From the IMG/VR virus record IMGVR_UViG_3300010160_000059, positions 1 to 53,372 of that record: a stretch of 53,372 bases of DNA. The stretch is one strand, 5' to 3'. The DNA comes from a virus. Its lineage: Duplodnaviria > Caudoviricetes. Of this stretch, positions 45,301-53,372 are shown one piece after another. Every line of letters starts with the position of its first letter. Positions within the stretch are counted from its first letter, which is position 1. The translations under genes and the position numbers were made by a program. The notes below the pieces were generated by a model. The model made no database searches, was not told the origin of the DNA, and saw only the letters and a list, made by a program, of their open reading frames with translations.

Positions 45301-48300
45301 TCCTAATACACCGTTAGCATGTAACATCAATACCGTATATTCATCAGTAGTTAATGCCTGCGTTGGTGTTACAAATGATGATGTTGAATACTTTGCAATG
45401 CCTTTACTGATCCTAATGTCATCTATATAGCCATTCCATGGAATCGTATTATCGTATCTTGTTCCAATGAATAATGGTGCAGTAATATAGTTTGTAGAGT
45501 CGGCCCAAGTGCTGCCTACCTGTGCGCCGTTAACATACAGCATTGTATTGCCACTGGCACGCATTAATACAACGTGATACCAGGTGTTATTTGATGGTAA
45601 TGCACTAGTTCCGGTAATTCTAGCAGATCCTAAAACAGTAAGAACTAAATTGCTTGAACTATATGATAATGATATTGCTGCCTGCGAAGTACCGTTAACT
45701 CTAAACTCAAACATATCTTGAGTAGCATTACTAATATGATAGAACCAGCCTTCAATTGTAAAATCGCCTGTGCCGAATCCAAAATCTGACGATGATGGTA
45801 TAGTTAATCCGTCACCGACTCCGTCAAACTTTGCACTACCAGTTCCATATTTCTTAACAGAGGTATCAATACTTGCATCACCCAACGCACTTACAATTTT
45901 AGCAGTTCTAGTAGATAGAGTATCAAATCCCCAGGCTGCACCAGTGATGTAAACATATGATCCATCAACACTGGCAATAGTACCGCTGGCTAATGTAGTT
46001 CCACCAGATGTTTTATAAAATAATGTATCGCCTACAGATAGTGTTCCACTAACACCGCCTAATTTTAATTTTGTTTTACCAGCACCGGCATAACCAGTTG
46101 AACTAGTGACAGCATGTACGGCCTTGTCTGCAAAGTAGAAGAATGTGTTGATAACTTCTGCACGGGCACCATTGGTCATGTACAAACCAGTGGAATTTGG
46201 CACAATGAACGTTGCTTCGTTGAACATTATTGATGCTTGTGTGCTGGTAGTTGCTACTCGTGCTCCATCAATTTTTACGCCGCCGCCCGCGTCGTGTGCG
46301 TCAAATCCGTATGGATCACCGGCACTGGTTATGCTACCTTTGGTAATAACACTGAAACGTTCAATATAAGGACTCTTGGTAGTAGTTACTGCACCGGGTG
46401 CAAACTCAAACGCATAACCCGGTTTAAAGAATCCACCTACAGTGAAATCACTGATCAGTGCTTCACCCATGAATAAGAACGCGGTCGCTGTATTAGTAGC
46501 AGTGGTTGGATATATTATTACTTCACGAAGTCCGGCTCCACGAACATTTACACCTTTTGCTATGGTTAGTGGAAATTCTTCATAGTATGTACCAGGTTGT
46601 ATAAAAACTGTATCACCATCATCAGCATAACCAAGTATATATTTTATAGTACGAGCGGGTGCTGACGGATGGCCATTTTTGGTATAGTCATTAACACCTA
46701 TTACAGGATCAACATACCAAATATGTTGATTTTGATTTAGTAGATTAATACCACTGGCTGCCAACCCGCCGGCGATATTAATATTGCCGCCGATACCCAC
46801 TCCACCAGTAATAACTAATGCGCCAGTAACTGTAGATGTGGAACTTGATGTATTGGTAATTCTAATAGCATCTGGGGTAGTTGCACCATATTGAGTTACA
46901 CCTGCTAATGTACTGGTGCTTAAACTTTGAACAGTGGACGTTGTAACAACTTTTGCGCCGCGTTGATATAAATCACCGCCCACATACAAGTTACCACCTA
47001 TCCCAGCCCCGCCCACAACCTGTAAAGCACCGCTGTTTGTACCTGCACTATCTGTAATATTGGTTATCAATATTGCGTTAGTGGTGCTGTTACCTCTACT
47101 AGTAACAGTTTGTAATGTACTAGTATTCCAAATAGTAATATTTCCGGTGCTGGTACTTACTGCGGTATCAGTACCTGCTGTTATTACTGTGGGAGTTACA
47201 TAGGAAGTAATTGAAGATGTTGTGATTATGAATGATCCGGCAACGCTAAGGTTTCCACCAACAAATAAATCACCACCAATACCAACGCCACCATCAACCA
47301 CTAAAGCACCATTAGTTGTTGATGTTGAACTAGCAGTATTGGTAATACGTATTGAGTTACTGGTTAAATTACCTCTATCAGTAACGGTTTGTAATGTACT
47401 AGTATTCCAAATTGTAATACTGGTACCTGAATTAGAACTAACTGCTGTATCAGTACCTGCATAAATCGTAGTTTGATTTGCAAATTGATTGATAGTGGCA
47501 GTAGTAATTACCTTTTGACCGCGAGTATATATGTCTCCACCGGCGTATAAATCTTGACCAATACCAACACCACCAGCAACAATTAAAGCACCTGTATTAG
47601 TTGATGTTGAACTTGTAATATTATAGGTTGATATTATATCGTCTGTTACTATTAGTGTTGTAGTAATAGTAGTTAATTGTATGACTAATTCTTGGGCAAT
47701 GATTTTTCCGTTAACAGTAATATTACCGCCAACATTTAAACTACCCCCAACACCAACACCACCAGTTACCGTTAATGCTCCAGTAGTAGTGGATGTTGCA
47801 CTAGTAACATTATTAATTGATATAGTATTATTAGTTGTAGAGCCTCTATCCGTAACACTTTGTAATGTACTGTTATTCCAAATGGTAACAGCACCGGTGC
47901 TTGTACTTACGGCTGTATCAGTACCTGCTGTAATTGAAGTTACCGCAGAATTTCCAATCGAAGACGTTGTAAGAACTAATGCTCCATTAACAGTCACCGA
48001 TCCGCCTACATATAAATCTCTTCTAATTCCCACACCGCCTAGTACAATCAATGCACCAGTATTAGTTGAAGTTGAATTTGTAGATGTATTAATAAACAAA
48101 GTTTGATTAATAATCGATATACCCAATATACTAGTCAATCCACTTTGTGTGGTCAACACTTCAGCATTGTTAAGATACGCTTTACCTGCAACATTTAAAA
48201 ATCCACAATACTAACCCCGCCTGCTACTACCAATGAATTAGGAGCATTAAATCCAAAATTTGATAGAGTCGAAAGTATAACAACGGTATCTGTACCTGCG

Positions 48301-48485
48301 GTTAATATATTTGACCAAGTGCGTATCGAAGTTGACGTTGATCCTGTTAGAACACTGCCATCTAAAGAAGGTAATCCTAAATCTGGTTCTGCTTGGCTAG
48401 GATCTAAATATTCGTAGCGATCAACGGTGAGATTGCCACTGTGTAATTTCTTTATCTTACCACTGAATAATCTACTTTTACTCAT
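42310..48485 (-). CDS. Long tail-fibre protein (~2058 aa) split by a 1-nt frameshift near 48205
   Basis: The 96-aa ORF (48195-48485) and 1949-aa ORF join if one G is added (ATT G[G]T GGA TTT TTA AAT = IGGFLNVAG), restoring the GAL.V.GGVGIGG.L.V.G repeat. Contains beta-helix, LamG and G[YF]TGS repeats. Confidence 0.85.
43079..43236. repeat. Perfect 72-bp tandem duplication (2.2 copies) within the collagen-like G[YF]TGSTGTQG array
   Basis: 43079-43150 is identical to 43151-43222, with a partial third copy. Confidence 0.9.
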
Positions 48486-48819
48486 TGCTGGTTTCTAATA
48501 TACTTAAAACTAAATTAACGCTGTTATTTGAGCCAGCACTAGCAGTAATAGATGCTCCAGTTTCAATTACTAATTTCCCCGTAGTAACTTCGCAAGCATC
48601 ATTAACTGGAATTTCAAAATCTTTAAGCATAACGAAATCAGTAGCATTTTTTACTAAAGTAAATTTTACAGTAACAGGAACTGCTCCGATATTAGTAGCC
48701 TGTGCACCAAGCACAATAGTAGTAACCGCATCTGGGGTTTCATAGATAATTTGAGTACCTGTAGTTAATTCAAATGCTTTGGTTTTAAACGAATTTAACG
48801 GTAGTGCTGCTGTTGCCAT
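48478..48819 (-). CDS. Small virion structural protein accompanying long fibres
   Basis: LPLNSFKT...IY.TP...TIVL.AQ.TN...GKLVIE.G...LSILET pattern; lies between two fibre genes. Confidence 0.8.
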   Translation of the reverse strand: MATAALPLNSFKTKAFELTTGTQIIYETPDAVTTIVLGAQATNIGAVPVTVKFTLVKNATDFVMLKDFEIPVNDACEVTTGKLVIETGASITASAGSNNSVNLVLSILETSNE

Positions 48820-48821
48820 TT

Positions 48822-51800
48822 TTATGATCCTATTGCCAATATATATGGCGTCATTACTGCAAATAAACTTTTCGTGAATGTTCTTCCAGAAATTGTTCCT
48901 ATACTGTTATTTATAACTAGGTCATTTCCAATTCTAAAATCTCCTTGTTGGTCTGTACCTGTAAAATAAACTTTCCCACCATTAATGGCCACTGCCTGAT
49001 GACTACTTAGAGGTTCTCCTCCAATGTATGGCAATGCTGAATCAATATTAGTACCTGCACCAATCCATTCAAAATTATGTGCAGAACTTTGAATTTGACT
49101 ATATGTGTGGAAAGTTACAACTGTAGTATCATTAATAGTTGATACTACAGACGGTTGTAATGTAACAGTACTTGAATAATCATTTTCTACTAAATTTGCA
49201 ACAATACCAATTAATCCTGTGGCGGTGTTAATTACGTTCAATGTAGTAGCAGGGGCAGCAAATCTGTCTTGAGTATTAACACTATATATTGGAGATACTT
49301 GAATATTAGATAATATGCTATTCAAAATATCTCCAATATGATAATATGCAGCAATACTGGCTAATTTTTCAGTGCTAGAAATCTGTAATGTTCCACCGTC
49401 ATAGTATGCCTCTGCCGCAAATATTGTTTGGCTATTTCCGCCATACATCACATCGTAACTCATGGCATCAATAATATATCCTATATCTCTCTTACACGTT
49501 GCGGTGCTATAAGATAATCCAACATAACTGGTATTAACATACGCAATAGTTTCTGCTTGTATAAATGCTCTATTTGCTAACAGTAAATTAAATGCGTTTA
49601 CAATATTTGTATTAGTATTCGGAATAAGACCAATCGGTACATGAGGAGGTGCAACACTAGGTCCATATTTAATAATATTTGTTATGGTAGATATTTTACT
49701 ATTAATCAATCCTACTTCTACATAAGTAGCAGTACTAGCACTTATTGTTTGAGAAACTACAGTTTGATATGTTGATGTTATTAAATTACCTTTAACAATA
49801 TCTTTAGAAATGTCTCTAATAAAATTATAGGCAGCGGTAGTTTGTGGTATTTCATTTGCAATTACTGTAGAAGTACTACTAAATCCATAATAATAAACTC
49901 CACTCATTATACTTTGTCTATTACCACCGCGTAAAAAATCAAATGCCACACTATCTATAATATATCCAACATCTCTATAACATGTTGCAGTATTATATGC
50001 AAAGGTGGGATAATTACTAGTGATCCATGCTATGGTATTATTTTGTAATGTAGTTTTATTAGATAGAATAGCATTATAAGCAGAATTGAAATTAGCATTT
50101 GTACTTACTTCTCCATTGGGAATAATCAGATCAGTAACGCCCGCTGTTCCAGAATTTAAAATATTTAACAGACTGTTAAATTTAGCAGTTAATGACGTAT
50201 TAACAGTAGCGGCCCATATTCCCGCTACGGCTGTAGCAATTGGAATTGTAATATCTCTTAGATAAGCAATCGCAAGACTAGTTGTAGTTATTTCTCTAGC
50301 AATATCTCCAACATATCCAGTTTGACTCCAGTACTGTAACCCTGCAAATGCGCTTTGGCTAGTACCACCATATAATAAATCAAACGCTATACTATCAACA
50401 ATTAATCCTGTATCTCTATAACATGTTGCAGTATTATATGTAAAATTACTAGTATATGCTACTGTTTCTTCTGCTATAAAATTTTTATTTACTTGTAATA
50501 TTTCTACTGCATTGATAGTTGCTGTACTTGCTCCTGTAGGAGGATTATATGTTATCGAAGGAACTACGCCTAATCCATTTGTTATAATATCTAATATTAT
50601 ATTAAAAAGATCAGATATTCGATTGTAAGGAATAGTAGAAGGAGTTAATAATTCAAGTACTCGCGTTTTTAAAAAATTAATTGCATCTATGGTTTGACTC
50701 AATTCTGAACCAGCAGCATAATAAGATGCTACTCTATAATAACTTGATCCTGCTTTTATACTTTGATAATTTGTATCTAACACCATGTCATAGCATACAG
50801 CATCTATAATATATCCAACATCTCTACTACATTTAAATTGATTAAAGTCAAATCCGGGAAATGTTTCTAATACATGATTAATAGTTAATATTTGTAACTT
50901 TGTTTTAGCGTCGAGTATTGTTTGTCTGGAATTTCTCAGTGTAGCATCTTCGTTTAAAATAGTAGGATACACTTTAGTAACATTACCTACCTGAAGTGCT
51001 GTACTTGAAGCAATTGTATAATAGTTTCCATCTCCAAAACTTAGCGCATCTCCTATACTAGGTTTTGTAGTTAAATTGTTTATGGTAAAAGTTCTTCCAC
51101 TAGTAGCACCATTAACTTTTCCTGAATATTTTACTGCTCCGACACCATCTGCATATAATGCATAATTACCAAAACTACTATTACTATTCGTGATTGAACA
51201 AAAACCACCAGATTCACATAAAACTCCTATATTGCAACATATAGTAAACACTGATACTAACGAAGTATATCCCTCATTTAACATATGGACACCAATTCCG
51301 CCTTGATTATACTGCGTAAATGCATCAACCATCATGCTCTTTGTACCTAATGCTAAATTACCATCTACACGCAAGCCTGTACCATCTGTAGTCATACTAG
51401 TACAGTTTTGTACGTATGGGCTAGTAGAAATTACACCTGCACTGCCATCAATAGGGAATGAAACTGCGGCGGCTGGTGCTTCATGCCCTTTAAAAGTCAT
51501 ATTAGCAATATACACACCATTGTTTACATAAAATATATCTTGAGTGGTTAAGGTAGATCTAACTGTAACAGTCCTTAAATTATCTCCTACAATAGAAACA
51601 AAATCTGGAACAATGATAGGAGTTATTTCAGTATAGTCACCACTTTTAACAAAGATAGTAGTTCCTCTAGTTGCTGCTGCTACTGCGGATCTAATAGTAA
51701 GTTTACTATCACTTAAACTAGTGCCGTTACTAGAATCATTGCCACTTTTACTAACGTAGAGAACGTTAGAAACAGCCATAGAAAAACTAGCGGTACTACG

Positions 51801-51977
51801 AGAACCAGTATAGCCTTGTATACCGCCGTAATCTAATACTGTCCATGTAGAAGTACCGTTACCAATTTTAAACAATTTGGTATCGGTTTCAATACCCATC
51901 TCACCTTCGGCTAGAGTAGGATTTATATGGCCCCATTCATATGCTGTGCCCCGTCTAAATTGGATTTGTATTGCCAT
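48822..51977 (-). CDS. Virion structural protein: Mtd_N-like anchor, beta-helix and four helical C.RD.G.I.D repeats
   Basis: IQFRRG..LAEGEMGIETDT..FKIGNG; LYVSKSGND; KCSRDVGYIIDA, TCYRDTGLIVDS, TCYRDVGYIIDS and TCKRDIGYIIDA. Confidence 0.85.
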   Translation of the reverse strand: MAIQIQFRRGTAYEWGHINPTLAEGEMGIETDTKLFKIGNGTSTWTVLDYGGIQGYTGSRSTASFSMAVSNVLYVSKSGNDSSNGTSLSDSKLTIRSAVAAATRGTTIFVKSGDYTEITPIIVPDFVSIVGDNLRTVTVRSTLTTQDIFYVNNGVYIANMTFKGHEAPAAAVSFPIDGSAGVISTSPYVQNCTSMTTDGTGLRVDGNLALGTKSMMVDAFTQYNQGGIGVHMLNEGYTSLVSVFTICCNIGVLCESGGFCSITNSNSSFGNYALYADGVGAVKYSGKVNGATSGRTFTINNLTTKPSIGDALSFGDGNYYTIASSTALQVGNVTKVYPTILNEDATLRNSRQTILDAKTKLQILTINHVLETFPGFDFNQFKCSRDVGYIIDAVCYDMVLDTNYQSIKAGSSYYRVASYYAAGSELSQTIDAINFLKTRVLELLTPSTIPYNRISDLFNIILDIITNGLGVVPSITYNPPTGASTATINAVEILQVNKNFIAEETVAYTSNFTYNTATCYRDTGLIVDSIAFDLLYGGTSQSAFAGLQYWSQTGYVGDIAREITTTSLAIAYLRDITIPIATAVAGIWAATVNTSLTAKFNSLLNILNSGTAGVTDLIIPNGEVSTNANFNSAYNAILSNKTTLQNNTIAWITSNYPTFAYNTATCYRDVGYIIDSVAFDFLRGGNRQSIMSGVYYYGFSSTSTVIANEIPQTTAAYNFIRDISKDIVKGNLITSTYQTVVSQTISASTATYVEVGLINSKISTITNIIKYGPSVAPPHVPIGLIPNTNTNIVNAFNLLLANRAFIQAETIAYVNTSYVGLSYSTATCKRDIGYIIDAMSYDVMYGGNSQTIFAAEAYYDGGTLQISSTEKLASIAAYYHIGDILNSILSNIQVSPIYSVNTQDRFAAPATTLNVINTATGLIGIVANLVENDYSSTVTLQPSVVSTINDTTVVTFHTYSQIQSSAHNFEWIGAGTNIDSALPYIGGEPLSSHQAVAINGGKVYFTGTDQQGDFRIGNDLVINNSIGTISGRTFTKSLFAVMTPYILAIGS

Positions 51978-52006
51978 TTTTACCTTTTATACCTGCTTTG
52001 AGGTAT

Positions 52007-53372
52007 TTATCCAGAAACACCGCCTGCATTGATGCTGGTAATTCCACCATAATTTGAATCTGGTCGTCCACCGTCAAAATTACCAATATATCCACCCATT
52101 GCCGCAGCGGTTACTGTTAACGTATTACCTACTATAATTGTTGTTGTTCCCGTTGAAAAATTAATTGTAGATACTGTAGAAGTAGTAGGAACTCCATTTA
52201 TCTGTACATTTATTGCTCCTTCGCCAGCACTACCGGTATATCCTATACCAGCATATACTCCAGGAATACCTTGACTACCAGTATATCCAGTTTCTGTACT
52301 AGCGGATCCAGTAAAACCTACTCTACCTTGTGTACCAGTTGAGCCAGTATATCCTCTAAGGGTACTAGCAGAACCAGTATAACCTAAACTACCATCATAT
52401 CCGGAACTTCCAGTAAAACCAGGTTCACCTCGACTACCGTTAAAACCGGTGCCAGCACTACCAGTAAAACCAACACCTTGACTACCGGTAAATCCGGTAA
52501 TGCCTTGGGTACCTGTTGAACCAGTATATCCAGTAATACCTTGTGTACCAGTACTACCAGTATAACCATTTAAAATACTACCATTAACAGAAGTAAAAAC
52601 AATATTATTATTTGGATCAACGCTGATTGTAACACCAGTAGTTGTAGAGGTACTTCCTAATAAAATGTAATTACCATTTATTGTACCATCAACCCATAAA
52701 TCTCCACCAATGCCTACGCCGCCTGCAACAATTAATGCTCCGGTTGTTGTAGAAGTTGAAGAATTTGTACCAGATATTGTTATATTGGTAGCGGTAACAG
52801 TCCCTGAAGATAAAATATTATTAGTTTTGATAATAGATGATATTATCGATAAACTAGTACCAGTAGCATTTAATGTAACATTAGATCCTGTTGTATCTCC
52901 TAAAACTAATGATGTTCCAATAATAATACCACCAACTGTAACAATAGTACCTTGACCACTTGTGTTACTAATTGCTAATTTACCGTCAACGTCAACTGTT
53001 AAAATTGTTCCGCCTAAATCAATAGTTTGTCCTGCTAGGTATAATTTTCCAAATCGGTGATCAGGAGACCCTAGATCTTGTGTCTTATCATCTTCAGGAA
53101 CAAATTTAAATCCTGAACTAAGTGTTACTGTACTGGTATCATCAGTTCTTAATCCTATGATAGCACTACCTGTGTAACCCATTACACCTTGTGTACCTGT
53201 GCTACCAGTATAACCAGTAACCCCTTGAGTACCTGTTGAACCTGTAAAGCCAGTAATACCCTGTGTACCAGTTGAACCTGTAAAGCCAGTAATACCCTGT
53301 GTACCAGTTGAACCGGTATAACCGGTAACACCTTGTGTACCTGTTGAACCAGTATATCCAACTGATCCCCAA
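52007..53372 (-). CDS. Collagen-like fibre protein with G[YF]TGS repeats (5' end beyond window)
   Basis: The frame stays open past the ORF-track start at 53182 to the window edge ([21 protein letters not shown]...). Confidence 0.85.
   Translation of the reverse strand, partial: WGSVGYTGSTGTQGVTGYTGSTGTQGITGFTGSTGTQGITGFTGSTGTQGVTGYTGSTGTQGVMGYTGSAIIGLRTDDTSTVTLSSGFKFVPEDDKTQDLGSPDHRFGKLYLAGQTIDLGGTILTVDVDGKLAISNTSGQGTIVTVGGIIIGTSLVLGDTTGSNVTLNATGTSLSIISSIIKTNNILSSGTVTATNITISGTNSSTSTTTGALIVAGGVGIGGDLWVDGTINGNYILLGSTSTTTGVTISVDPNNNIVFTSVNGSILNGYTGSTGTQGITGYTGSTGTQGITGFTGSQGVGFTGSAGTGFNGSRGEPGFTGSSGYDGSLGYTGSASTLRGYTGSTGTQGRVGFTGSASTETGYTGSQGIPGVYAGIGYTGSAGEGAINVQINGVPTTSTVSTINFSTGTTTIIVGNTLTVTAAAMGGYIGNFDGGRPDSNYGGITSINAGGVSG
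53183..53372. repeat. 36-bp coding tandem repeats (GxTG[YF]TGSTGTQ)
   Basis: About five degenerate 36-bp units; similar arrays at 52230-52570 and 43030-43290. Confidence 0.85.

Larger units (their letters stand above)
1..53372. mobile_element. Segment of a large lytic-type tailed phage (jumbo myovirus-like) genome
   Basis: Dense, near single-strand gene packing; nrdAB plus glutaredoxin, exonuclease, head-core-like and tail-fibre genes; T4-like TAAATA late promoters; no ribosomal or core host operons; no integrase in the window. Confidence 0.93.

Noticed and set aside
43030-53372. 36-bp periodic repeats as a possible CRISPR array
   Set aside because: In-frame coding repeats with third-position variation and no unique spacers; no cas operon in the window.
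25694-53372. Diversity-generating retroelement acting on the fibre genes
   Set aside because: No reverse transcriptase and no TR/VR pair differing only at adenines was seen in the window.
1-53372. Stop-codon reassignment
   Set aside because: Long genes are intact in the standard code, and TAA, TAG and TGA all end genes at sensible positions.

Overview
A 53.4-kb, AT-rich segment of a large tailed phage genome, most likely a jumbo myovirus with T4-like late transcription. Almost all genes are on the minus strand, and a recurring TAAATA late-promoter motif sits just upstream of many of them. From left to right the window holds: (i) a circularly permuted, two-piece tmRNA gene with tag ANDSQFALAA, which the ORF track misses; (ii) an M15 peptidase, glutaredoxin, methyltransferase and class Ia nrdBA; (iii) a tail/baseplate beta-helix protein, a PD-(D/E)XK exonuclease and a block of probable head-core/internal proteins; (iv) a plus-strand island of four small helical genes behind a sigma70 promoter whose spacer holds a TGCG-GT-CGCA palindrome (PhaR-box-like), possibly a phage module tied to host PHA storage; (v) an auxiliary cluster of a Bug/TctC periplasmic binding protein, glutamine amidotransferase, sulfotransferase-like P-loop protein, 2OG-Fe(II) oxygenase and a divergent ACP-like/methyltransferase fusion, followed by a GC-rich structured element resembling a SAM-V pseudoknot, with a secreted nuclease and a four-domain glycosyltransferase nearby; (vi) about 28 kb of tail-fibre/virion adhesin genes with nested domains, three paralogs, collagen-like G[YF]TGS repeats and one frameshifted gene. 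The best candidates for something undescribed are the Bug-enzyme cluster with its candidate RNA switch, the PhaR-box/phasin-like island and the phage-borne permuted tmRNA. All family calls are by motif recognition only; no searches were run. A proteobacterial host, probably beta or alpha, is an inference.
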